From the NCBI RefSeq assembly GCF_009914755.1, contig NC_060930.1: DNA of 64,000 bases; one strand, given 5' to 3'. A program made the translations under genes and the position numbers. Positions 1 through 12,337 of this stretch are shown here, piece after piece. This DNA is from the human T2T-CHM13v2.0 reference genome, Homo sapiens. Below the pieces are notes generated by a model. The model had not been told where the DNA came from. It worked only from the letters and a program-made list of their open reading frames with translations, and made no database searches. How positions within the stretch are numbered: the first letter of the stretch is position 1; every line of letters starts with the position of its first letter.

Positions 1-67
1 ATTCACTAATGTATCAAAAATATCTGACACATAGTTGATGCTCATTAATATTTATTGAATGAGTGAG
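1..67 (+). mobile_element. L2 3' end fragment
   Basis: ctgacacatagttgatgctcattaatatttattgaatgagtgag resembles the L2 terminus (ggcacatagtaggtgctcaataaatatttgttgaatgaatga). Confidence 0.55.
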
Positions 68-344
68 TTTGCTTGTAGATATCCTCCTAGACAAAGTTGC
101 AAGATTAACTCAGTGGAGAATGCTTATGTCATTCCTTCTGTGAAAAAGAATTACTTTGATCACATCTCGTCACCTATGAGATTCGGTCCAACTCTTCAGT
201 TTCATAATTGGCCCTCAAACTGTGTCTTCGAGCTCCTACTTTTCTTTTATAGTAACTCAATGTGTAATCATAGTGTAACCATAGCAAAGTAATAGCTACG
301 TTCCTTCACATGGTATTCGTCTTTCTAGGCAGCAAGGCTTTCCC

Positions 345-825
345 TGTGTATTATTTAGCTATGTGGCATAATAAGGCATAAAAATCTGTCTCAAAACCCA
401 GGGCAGTGTCTTAAGGCAACACACATTTTTGGTTTTTCACTTAAGCGTTGTGTGGGGCAGCTTTGATTCAGGCTGGGCTCAGCTGGGATCTGCTGGGCTT
501 GGCTCCAGTTGGTAGGTTGGAATTAGATCAGCTTTGTGTGCCTCCTCATTCTTCCTGGACCAGCAGCTATTCAGAGTATATTCTCTTTCTGGCAGATTAT
601 CGAATGCAAGGGGCCACATGCTAGCACATTTATGGGCTCTGCTTGCATCATGACTGCTCCCTTCCACTGACTAAAGCAAGACACATAGTCAAGCCCAATA
701 TCAATGTAGTGGAGAAATATGTTCTAACCGAAGGAGAAGAGATAGGTAAGTGGTAGATATGTTCTACCAAAAGATAAAAGAAGTAGATGACAATATTTTC
801 TGATCAACACAGTGTGTATCTCACA
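345..825 (-). mobile_element. MaLR solo LTR, MLT1K/L-like
   Basis: gggctcagctggg...gggcttggctccag...cattcttcctggaccagcagcta...ctaaagcaagacacatagtcaagccca; boundaries approximate. Confidence 0.65.
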
Positions 826-3020
826 CATTATTCCTTGTTGGCATATCCATCATGACCTAGCACAAATGTTGCCTACTTTATGAACCCTCTCTATTGCAGT
901 AGGTAGTCAGGTCTGAATTTTGAAATCCAGTGCACTCTGCTTACAGCTATTCATTAAGGCATAGGCTTGTCTCTTCTCCTGGGCTCTAAAGATCTGAGAC
1001 AATTTCCTATTAAAATTTCTATTCCCAATATCTACCATACAACCTAGCAAGTTATACACTTAATAGATGTCATTTGTATAAGAATGTAGATAATCCCATT
1101 AAAGAAAACCAACCCCATTCAGATTCCATCAATGTCAGCTTTGTGTCTATCTGAAATGAGAAAACTACCATATGAAACTTAGTAGATATTGCATTAAATG
1201 TAGCACATTTAGGAAGTGTTCCCATATAAAACTGACTAGAAGCAGGTGATTTGAAATTAAATTCCATAATTAAATACCATATAGCATGCTAAAGTGTTCA
1301 GTACAATTTGCCAAGGGTTTTTCCACAGAAAGTGATGGAAAATTCTTTGGTAGAAATTGATGTTGAATGTTTAGAGCCTTGACAGAAAGAACTCCTTAGC
1401 AGTCAAAAATGTAGAATATTCTTCGCTTTCTCTCAGAGTTCTGCTACAAAAATCTCAGTTTTGTTTCAGTTTTTTTAAATGACACATATAACGTCAATTG
1501 ACAAATGCCTGAATTTGTTCTAGATGATAATTATTCCATTCATCTACCCATCCTTTCCAACCTACTATCTATTCATTGGTCCATCTCTTTATTTATGTAT
1601 TCTACCTTTCTGAACTAATTAACCTTAGTTTTATTTAAATTCACTCATAATCCAGTTTAGAATCAATGATTTATGATTTCAATTATATCTTTGCCAATAT
1701 CCTGACCTGCTATTTCCCTTGGCCTTTTCATTGCTTTCATCTGAATGAAGACTGGATGAGTCCAAGTACTCATTTCCATTATGTCTCCTTGAACCATCTA
1801 AACACCATTTTGTTAAACTAAAAAGTCAATTCCCATTCCATTTTCTCCATCACAAATACACTATTGACTTTTAAGATTTATATTTTCAATACTCAATTAA
1901 TTTCAAAACCACCTCATACAGTGGTTGTCAAGTTTGATCTATGAAAAAAATGATTAGAGCTTGGGATTGCTATCCATAGCATTAGTAGCATGCTGCTTAA
2001 CCTTATCAGCTGCATGCTCAACAATTATAAAATGAGTACCAACTGAAATAATTTTATATTTAATTTATTTTGGATAATTAGGTTTGATAATTTTTATGAT
2101 GAAATTTAAGTTTTGTTCTCTCTGTGGAATTCAGGCATGATGTTTCCAGTTCATTCATTTTCTTACCTTCCAATTTATATATCTCTTATCTGGAAGGAAC
2201 CACAAAACATACATTATTACCAGCTGACATATTCAGATGGATTAATGTACCAGAAAAAAAAAGTTTTCACCTTGGAAAGGAGAGTCAAGTCTTGATGCAC
2301 TGGGGAGTAAAATGGGTATGTTTTGAAGGAGAAGCAGGATGACAAGAAAATTTCTAGTACAGGAATTATAAAACTAAATGCCTTAAAGGTCAGGAAAAGT
2401 TACGCAGGCAAGGTGTTCAAAAAATGCTTGTAAGTAACTGTGGATAAATAGAGTCCCTATGCCACCTAAAAGCATTCCAGTCCTACATATTATGTCAACC
2501 AAATAAAATAGCCCAGAATCCCCACTGTGAGGCAACTGGTCCAGAGAATTGAGTTCAGTGGAGAAAAAGAACCCCAAGCAATAAGGCATAGAAGTCAACA
2601 AGCATATGTGGTGAGAGGTAAGCCCTCCAGCACAAAGGCATGTCTTTAGTGTTGTCTTATCAACACCAAGAGTTACCACGTTAGAGAATTATGTGCTTAA
2701 GGCTTTACATCTTTTATAAATATAAGTTATACTTCAAGGGATAATTTGTCATAATTCCATGCATTATCAAAAATAGAACTAAAATTTCCATAAGCAATAA
2801 GAACAATAACAACAAAAAAGGAATATCTGTTGGAACCAGCCTTAGGGATTGAAATTGGAGATTTAGTGCTGTCAGGAGATTTTCTCTTTTTCCTTTCTCT
2901 TTTTTCCCCCTCTCTCTTCTCTCTATCCATTTATTTTTCATTCTCTTTGCATATATGTTCCATTCTCTTCTGTAAATGGGTTTTTCCTATGTCCAGCAAC
3001 CTCATCCTATTGATAATCAT

Positions 3021-3022
<2 letters not shown>

Positions 3023-3064
<42 letters not shown>

Positions 3065-3075
3065 GAGAGAGAGAC
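3023..3075. repeat. (GA)n microsatellite
   Basis: Direct gagaga run with a gaca interruption. Confidence 0.95.
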
Positions 3076-3459
3076 AAAGGAACATTCCCTTTATTCTATT
3101 ATTCATATATTAATCCTATAGCGGTAATCTAATTTACTTTATTTGTGTCACATATACTCTGCATGGACCAATAATTATTACTTGGATTATAGTTTACCAT
3201 GAATGACCCTACTGGCCAGGCATAGGTTTTATTTCTATTCCAAGTGACCAAAGGATAGGTCTATAACCAGGGAAAATGAATAAGAATGCTTGATAGGCAA
3301 GAAAATTAATACCCACAGTTCACTACATATTGATGCTAATTAGACAGCTATACCTCAATGAAAATAAATTAATTAAAATCTTTCTTGAGAAAGAGAGAAA
3401 CAAAGAGCATAAACGCAGGAGACTCAGAACCATATACTTGTTAAGATTATCAACAGTAA

Positions 3460-3700
3460 GCCCTGACTTCCTATCTGGAACATAGGAAAACATTTACTAG
3501 ATTTTGTGATCTTGGATAACTTCTCTAAACTTCTTAAATCTCAGTTTCCTCTTCCATAAAATGGGAATAATTTTTCCCGGTATATCACCTACGTCTAAAA
3601 TGGTCACCATATCATGATTCCAAGCACTTACCACAGAGTAAACATATGTAAAATACTTAGCATGGAAATAAACAGTATTTAATTTTCAATAAATAGTATT
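3460..3700 (+). mobile_element. MIR SINE
   Basis: tgtgatcttggataac...ctcagtttcctcttccataaaatgggaataa...atatgtaaaatacttagca (MIR core). Confidence 0.75.
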
Positions 3701-4739
3701 CAGTGCATTAAAGCTATAATGCATTGATCAACTAATGAGAGAATGAACAGGAGATCTCACTAGGAGGCCAGGGAAAAATACATGAAATTCCAAGGTTTGA
3801 GGGTCAAGAGATGAGCTTTGTGGTATTGTTCTTTCAAGGTTGACTACAATGGTATTGAAGTTTATTCTTTTGTTCTTCTACATTTTAAAAATTATCTGTC
3901 TAAATACAGTACAGCCCATAAGTGCAAAAACAGAAAACTATGAAAACAAAACAAAACAAAAAACAGTTGTATTTGTTCTTAGCTACATTATGTCATTCAA
4001 GCTGTAATTTCCATATGTTAGCTATGTTGCTGTCACTCCAAACAGAGTGATGGAAGTTAAAAAGTATTTAAAGGAACTTATGGTTATTCCCAGACATCTG
4101 GATATTTGTCATCATGGAGGCAAAACATCCATATATTTTCATCAAGAAGCTTTGAGATTAAGCAGCAATATACAGGGAATATCTAATAGGGGTTTCCTTT
4201 TTAATTTGTCTCTAGTGGTCATAAAGGTTTTGGTCTGGCATAATCCTAAATTTTTGTTTGTTTTGTTGTTCAATATGAAGATGTCATGTGCTCTGAATAT
4301 ATGCCATAAAGTTTTTCATAAACTTGGGATTAGTTGATATTGCTCTATCCTAGTGCTGTCTGTGGCAAAGGGGTGCATTTCACGATGGTGTCCATGGAGA
4401 AACAATGAAGCTACCAACTAGCAAAAACAAAGATCACTACTGTGCAGGAGCTCTATAAATATCAGGTTTTTGACACCTGGTTCCACATTAGTTGAGACAA
4501 ATATATTACCCTAAGGACCCAGGTAAAGACGAACAAGTTCATAAATTTAATGGTTTGCTTGCCTTGGATTTTTTTTCTCATAGCAAAGCTAAAATGTTAT
4601 ATTTTTCTTCTAAGATTTCATTTTTTCATTCTCATTTACCAAAGATATTTAAAAATACAATTCTTAATAAGATCCTGCCCAGTTCAGCAAAGATAATTAA
4701 ATTTTGAGCAAATACATTTGACTGTTGGATCCACGTGAA

Positions 4740-5240
4740 GACCTATCCATGCCACTACTGGGCTGACTTTCCCTCAGATCCATTCCCTGCTTTCTTCTGC
4801 TAAGCTCTGTGTCACAGAGACTGAATTCTAGCTATTGCATTCTTAGCCTCCTGAATTAGCTGGCTTTTCTTGTGTTTGCCCAACAGAAGTTACTGGCAGG
4901 AGATTGGAGGATGGAAGAAAAGGAGAGGCCAGGGTATTTATTTTTGTGCCTTCCTCCCACAGGAAGCATCTCCAGCAGCTTTATCTTTTCTATGGCTCCA
5001 GCTCCTATTAGGAATAAAAAAAAATTACCACTATTTCAACTGCTATTGAGTCACTCCAGCTGCTGAACTACAGTAAAATCTCTTCCAGCCTAAGGCTAGG
5101 AGTGGAGGCATGTTTTTATTGCTAATCTTGAGGTTGCCTCACCACACTCAGAATTAATAGTTCTTCCATCATCAATTTGCTACATCAAATTCTCTTAGTT
5201 TTAAATAGTTTCTAGTTTCCTGACTGGACGCAGACTGCAA
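4740..5240 (+). mobile_element. ERVL solo LTR, LTR33-like
   Basis: tttgcccaacagaagttactggcaggagattggaggatggaagaaaaggagaggccagggtattta. Confidence 0.6.
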
Positions 5241-5924
5241 CACCAATTATCATTACTTGCCTAGTTGTTAAATAGAGAATATACCATTTTTAAACAAGTA
5301 ACTCTAAAATATTCCAAATAGTTACCAATTTTTGTCATTAAAATTAATTTTTTTGTACTTGTACCAGCTTAATAAGATGAAAATGGGAAAATGTAGTTTT
5401 AAAATGTGAGCACATGGCCTCAAGCCACAATCATGGCCCCATTAAATAATTCTGCTCCCCTGATTTAGCTACAAAACATTGTATTGAAAGTTCAACTGCA
5501 TAAGTTACTGTGTATATACTTATAAACTAGAACAAGCCTGTTTTTGTTCAATCTGGAAGGCACTTTCTCCCATATCCTCAAGGATCAATGTCATACAATG
5601 GCCTAATGAAATCCAAAGAGCCCCTTTTTCCCTGGAATTTTGCACAAACCAAAAAAAAAAAAAAAAAAGGACAAGTTTAACTGCCATATTCTCAGGAAGG
5701 AGGAAAGTTGGAGTGATGAAGGCACTACATGCAGGAATTCCAAACTCATATGCCTTGAGTCTCTTCTATATCTCCTTGAATGGACATTAATAAGGATGCA
5801 TCTTATCGGCCCATTCTACTTAAATCTGTATAATTGTGCCACTTTAACATTTTCAGCCTTCCAATCCTGTGGATTGTTGACCTAACAACTAACCATTTTA
5901 TTCTTTTATATAGAAAAGTTCCTC

Positions 5925-6194
<270 letters not shown>

Positions 6195-6554
6195 GTTACT
6201 ATTCTGTTGAAATTGGGAAAATATTCTGCAGAGGATTCCCAGCTAAATCGATGCAGAGAATAAACCAGGAGACAGCTCATGACTGTGATATGATTTGGTT
6301 AATTTATTGAACTTCTATCTCTCTGCTAAGCTGTAAGTGCCATGAATATCTGCTCTAAGGAAAATACAGACATGAACAATTCAACTATGGCAGCAGGCTT
6401 GCCAAAAATCAAGCTACTAACACACTTACCAAAAACCCTTCTAATTAGCCATGTAATTACTCATAACTGACATTTGTTTAATATTTTAGAAAGGATGCAT
6501 TTTTATTTATCTAACTTTATTGACACATTTCTGAGGAGGTAGAGTACATATCTG

Positions 6555-6830
6555 TAGCTCCATTGTATAGATAGGAACTGAGGCTCAGAGAGGTTTGATA
6601 ACTGCCTCTATTCACGTCTATTAGTTTTTCTACAGCCTTAGTTACATCTATTATTTTGGCTCTAGAGCTATTCTTAAATTCGCTGTAGCCCTGATTTCAA
6701 CCACACATTTTTGCATTATTAGTAAACCTTTACTTACAGGTAATGACCTACACATAGGAAACACTAAAGTCTGATTTAAAACCAGGTTTTCAGGGCTCCA
6801 AACTCTGAGTTTCTCATACTTCACCATATT
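6555..6830 (-). mobile_element. MIR fragments
   Basis: ccattgtatagataggaactgaggctcagagaggtt, and later gatttaaaaccagg...ctccaaactctgag. Confidence 0.5.
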
Positions 6831-7757
6831 GTATCCTACAATTTGGCCTTCATGTAAACATACCTTGACCCACGAAACTGTGAAACTGAGGAACTCCACT
6901 AAAATCTTACCAAAATAAGTTAATGGCTGCAGAAGACTACATAGAGCTGAGCTAACACACTTTGCCCTTCAATGCTTGCTTCACACTGTGATGTCCTTCC
7001 TCTTTTTGAGCCTCTTCTGAACATTTCTCTAATATTGAAGCTTAGTTGCTTTGGATGCTAACATAGTGCACCTTGGGAAAACTTTGATTGCTACAAAGTG
7101 CATTCTCATCTTGAGTCAAATTCTGTCTTTCTAATCGCAATTTATTAGACCAAAAGGTCCTAGCTCCACCTTTTGGGCTTAAATAAAACAAAGATTATCT
7201 CTGTTTCTCTTTTAAAAAAATACTTGCAAAAAACTATCACTCATTGAATGGCTTAGTCTCTGAGCAAAATATTGCCCGTCCGTTCACCCAGTCCTAATAG
7301 TGGAAAGTTTTCAGTTCCTTCTCCACCTCAGATAGTTTCCTCTGTATAGGCTTTGCTGAATCTACATAGCTCCTATTTTAAGGTTTCCAGCTCTAAGCAC
7401 AATATTTCTGGTATGGTTATATTGAAAAAAAAAGAGCAAAGCCTTTTCTGGACACACTGGTATCTGTTTCTGTTTTCTATCATCTCATCTCTCTCATGTC
7501 ATGCATCACTCACACAGAGCTCATGGCAAGCACAGATTCCTGCTGGTTCCCTCATGTCCTGCTGTAAAGTCATGTTTTCCCCTGACTCTTCTACTAGCAT
7601 GTTTATTTTGAACTTAAATCAATTTTCATTTATTAAAATTCATCTTGTTTAGCAACATCATAGAGCATACATTTTGAAGTCAGATTTGGTATGGAAGCAG
7701 CTGCTCAACATTCAACAAAATCCATTTCCTCTTCTTCCTGGGCACACATATAGGTCA

Positions 7758-9325
7758 CATGGATGTTTCCTACAGCTGCTGTACAAAGAAGCATACATTA
7801 GGTGGTTTGAAACAGAAATTGATTCTTTCACAGTTCTGGAGGTTAGAAGCCTGAAATCAAGGTATTGGCAGGTTTGGTTCATTCTGAGGGCTATGAGGGA
7901 GAAGCTGTTCCATGCCTCTCTCCTAGCTTCTGGTGGTTGCCAGAAGTCTTTGGCATTTCTTAGCTTGTAGGTGCATCTCTCCAATCTCTGCCTCCATGAT
8001 CATGTCGCGTTCTATTTGTGTGTTTACATGGCCATCTTCTTCTAAGGATACCAGTCATACTGGACTAGGGACCAACCTTAATCCTGTTGTATGATCTCAC
8101 CCTAACATAACTATAATAACAATATCTGCAATAACCTTATGTCCAAATAAGGTCACATTTTAAGGTGTTGTATGTTAGGATTTCAATGTTATTTTTTGAA
8201 AGGCACAATTTATTTTTTATTTATGTTTTTTATTTATTATGTATTTAGTTTTTCTTCAACTTTTATTTAAGTTCTGGGGTACATTTGTTGGATGTGCAGG
8301 TTTCTTACATAGGTAAACGTGTGCCATGGTGGTTTGCTGCACAGGTCAACTCATCACCTAGGTATTAAGCCCAGCATCCATTAGCTAATTTTTCTGATGC
8401 TCTCCCTCTGCCTAGTGTTCTTACCGTTCAGCTCTCACTTGTAAGTGAGAACATGTAGTGTTTGCTTTTCTGTTTCTGTGTTAGTTTGCTGAGGATAACA
8501 GCTTCGAATTCCATCCATGTCCCTGCAAAGGACATGATCTAGTTCCTTTTTATGGCTGCATAGTATTCCATGGTGTATATATACCACAGTGTCTTTATCC
8601 AGTCTGTCATTGATGGGCATTTGGATTGATTCCATGCCTTTGCTATTGTGCATAATGCTGCAGTGAACATACATGTGCATGTGTCTCTACAATAGAATGA
8701 TTTATATTCTTTATAAATCATTACTGGGTGTATATACATACACCCAGTAATGGGATTGCTGGATCTAATGGTGTTTCTGTCTCTAGATCTTTCAGGAATC
8801 ACCACACTGTCTTCCACAATGATTGAACTAATTTAAATTCCCATCAACTGTGTAAAAGCATTACTTTTTCTCTGCGGCTTCTCCAGCAACTGTTGTTTCT
8901 TGACTTTTTAATAATAGCCCTTCTGACTGGTGGGAGATGGTATCTCATTGTGATTTTGATTTGCATTTCTCTAATGATCAGTGAAGTAGAGCTTTTTCTC
9001 ATGTTTCTTGGCCACATAAATGTCTTCTTTGGAGAAGTGTCTGTTCATGTCTTATGTCCAGTTTTTAATGGTTTTTTTTTTTTCTTGCAAATTTGTTTAA
9101 GTTTTTGTAGACTATGGATATTAGACCTTTGTCACATGGATAGATTGCAGAATTTTTTTCCCATTCTGTAGGTTGTCTATTCACTCTGATGATAGTTTAT
9201 TTTGCTGTGCAGAAGCTCTTTAGTTTAATTAGATCCCATTTGTCAATGTTTGCTTTTGTTGCAATTGCTTTTGGCATTTTCGTCATGAAATCTTTGCCTG
9301 CAAGGCACAATTTAACTCATAATAA
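7758..9325 (-). mobile_element. MLT1C-like LTR, split by an L1 insertion
   Basis: cacagttctggaggttagaagcctgaaatcaagg...gttccatgcctctctcctagcttctggtggttgcc...aaggtcacatt; the last bases actcataata resume after the L1. Confidence 0.85.
8213..9301 (-). mobile_element. Older L1PA 3' fragment (ORF2 C-terminus and 3'UTR)
   Basis: ORF 8539..8817 contains DTCTCMFTAALCTIAKAWNQSKCPSMTDWIK (L1 ORF2 C-terminus); T-rich tail from 8213; 13-bp TSD aaggcacaattta at 8200-8212 and 9302-9314. Confidence 0.95.
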
Positions 9326-9759
9326 CCATACTACCCAAACTTTCCTGCAGTTACATGTAGTTATATAAATTATATTACTGAGTTCTAGCTAGTGGAATGT
9401 GAGTGTATGTAACACTTCCACACTTGATTCACAAAAATATCCCATGCTCTTTTTTCCATTTTGTTGGCTAGATACAGCAATGAGAATGGAGAGCCACAGA
9501 TGGAAAGGACCTGGGTCTCTGACTGCCTTTTGAGGACGGCCACCTCTTAGAGACCAATACTTGCCTTAGTTAAATGAGCTGAACATAGATGTATTTTATA
9601 TTGAGCCATTATGCTTTAAAAAAATTATGGACTTTCCAAATCCTAACTAAATACTTGGATTGACTTCAATTCTATCATTAACCAGATGTGTGAACTTGGG
9701 TGTTATTTAAACTTTCAAAGTCTGTATACTTTTCATAAGAAGAGATGCAATACCTATCA

Positions 9760-10445
9760 TTCAACCAGTTATGCTGAGTCCCTATTAGGTATCAGGACCA
9801 TGGTTCTGTACAATGAAAATAAAGATCCCTTTCCTCAGGTAACCTACATTCTTCTGAGGGAGATGAATGCTAAACATGTAATCAAATATATAAATATAGA
9901 ATGTCTAGAATGTCCATAGAGATATAGACTAAAAAATGATCAAGATTTACATAGATTAACTGGGAGGGAGGCTCTAATAAGGTACAGTAGTCAAGAAGGC
10001 CTCTCAGGTATGGGAAGGGGCTGGATGTGAGACAAATGGTGAGCAAAAGCCATCCATGTAAAGGGTGCTCTAGGGACAAGCTTTGGCAAGTTGAAGGAAT
10101 TAAACCAAAACTAGTGTGATTAAAGCAAATGATAAAATGTCTGGAGCATAGGAAATAAGAAAGAAGAGAAATATGAGATGAAGTCAAACTGTAGGCAGGA
10201 TGTATGTTATATAGGCTTATAGCTCATTACAAGATTTTGGTTCTATTCTAAGAGATTGGCAAACCAATTGGAGCATTTTATGATCTGATTTTTATTTTTA
10301 AAAGATTACTCTGATAACCATGTTTTCACTGGATAATAGGAAAAGCATGGAAGCATTTACTAGGCATTTGGAGTAATCCAGGTGAGAAATAATGGTGACT
10401 TAGACTAGGATGGCAACAGAGGACACAGTGAAAAGTAGTTGGGTT
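9760..10445 (-). mobile_element. L2 fragment, preceded by a short MIR piece at about 9660-9755
   Basis: tgatctgatttttatttttaaaagattactctg...gtaatccaggtgagaaataatggtgacttagactagg. Confidence 0.7.
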
Positions 10446-11281
10446 GTCTTATAGCAAATAAATATGTATCTGGAATAATGATGATGATGATGAGAGCAAT
10501 TGCAACAAAAATAGCAGTAATAATAATAATACCTGGCAATGAATTTAGCCTTTACAATTGGCTTTTACTCTTCAGCTTTCCTTTTCAATTTCATGCACTA
10601 TAAACATTTAAATCTTATCTTATTAATATCCTTTCCTGGATCAGTAATAAAGTTGTCAACTTCTAATTCAAGAGTGAACACTTTTATTTCCTATCCATTG
10701 ATAGCCATTATAATGATGTTAAATGAATGAAAATGATCTAATCCTACAACCATAAGCATAATAGAAAGTGAGACATCAGCAGACACTTAAAATATCTCTG
10801 AAAGATGAAAAACAGATGAGTTGATGGAATCCAGAGGGGGCTGCAGGTAAAGGGGAAACTAGGCTGCCCCTGGCAATAATGCAAGTGACCCCAGATGATT
10901 GGAGTGAAAAGTGGGTCTGAAAGAGAAAGAATAATTAAGTTCCTATGTTTGTAATAATTCTCCATCTCTAATCCAGAAGCCAGGTATTAACTACCAAAGC
11001 AAATATATACAACTAAGTAAACAGCCAAAGGAAAATCAGTCTCAGAATAAATTTAGCTGCCTAGCAAGAAATGGGGCAACTAGTATATTCTGGCATTTAG
11101 AAAATTTTAAGCACAGTGACTGACACTCAGCTCTGTATCCTGTTTGGCAAAAGCAACCTGTCAATAAAACTCATTTATGAACAGAGTGGTATCAAGCAAA
11201 TATTTTATTGTATCATTTTAAAATGTGAAAGAAAACAAAAGTAATGTAAGAAGTAGAAGGGCAATTTATTCTTAGAAAGAT

Positions 11282-11286
11282 GTGTA

Positions 11287-11327
<41 letters not shown>
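11282..11327. repeat. (TG)n(TA)n microsatellite
   Basis: Direct. Confidence 0.95.
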
Positions 11328-11333
<6 letters not shown>

Positions 11334-11835
11334 CATAAAATAAAAGAGTAGCATTACTCACCAAATTAAGGATCAAGGGAAAAGAAATAATTACTAATTA
11401 CAAAATTAGTAATTGAAAAATTGTTAGAAGATGAAGTCAAAGGAATTCCTCAAATATATATTAAAACACATAATCATAGGAAAAAGATAACAATGACAAG
11501 GTATTCATTTAAGACACTCAGCACTGAATTAGTTTTCTGAGAAGGGAGCATACATGAAATGGAGATAAAATTATTTTTAAAAAGTACAAGAATATTTCCA
11601 GAGCTATGGTAGATATGCTTAAACTAAAAGAGCTTGACAAATATTGAACAAAATGAGTAATACTTTAAAAAATTGAGCCAAAATTGAATACTTTGAAATA
11701 TTGAACAAATATTGAACAAAATGAATAATACTTAAGAAATGCTTTCTAGAGGTATCATTGTAAAATCTTAGAAAACAGGAGTGTTCCATTTATCTAGTGC
11801 TGTGTGGCAGACCACTTCAAGATTTCGAGACTTCA

Positions 11836-11966
11836 TTAATATGTGAAACAGCTTGATGTAGCCATTCCACAATGTATACATATATCAAAACATCATGTGT
11901 GCATCATGTTGTGCACTAATAGATACAATTTTTGTTTGTCAGTGTAAAAACTAAATTTTAAAAAAC
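11836..11966 (+). mobile_element. L1MA-type 3' tip
   Basis: agcttgatgtagccattccacaatgtatacatatatcaaaacatcatg...atacaatttttgtttgtca. Confidence 0.7.
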
Positions 11967-12337
11967 ATGGCTTCAAACAACAGCAACATTAATTTTACTC
12001 ACACATCTGCAGGTGGGGCAAAGCTCAGCTCATCTCTGTTCTACTTCATGTCAGCTCTGGCAGCTCAAAGGCTGGGGTTAAAGTCTTTGGAAAGCTCACT
12101 CACTCGCATGCCTGGGCAACGGGAAAACTAAAAAACATCTGTGCTGAACAGCTGGGTTTCCTCAGGCATCTTTGTATCTCTATGTGGTCTCTCCATGTGA
12201 TCCTTCCAGCATAGTGGCTTCGGGATAGTTAGACATCTTACATGTTAACTCAGGCCTCCTAAGGTACATATCCAGAGAGAAAGAGAGAGAGAGAGAGAAA
12301 GAGAGAGAAAGAGGCAGACAGAAACGCTACCATTTTT

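Larger units (their letters stand above)
7690..9650 (+). mobile_element. MaLR LTR, MLT1I/J-like, split (about 7690-7755 and 9326-9650)
   Basis: aaaatccatttcctcttcttcctgggcacac resumes as ctgcagttac...actgagttctagctagtggaatgtgag...gagccacagatggaaaggacctgggtctctga. Confidence 0.65.

Noticed and set aside
2714-3132. ORFs with ERERER or hydrophobic runs
   Set aside because: Produced by the (GA)n microsatellite and pyrimidine-rich low-complexity sequence.
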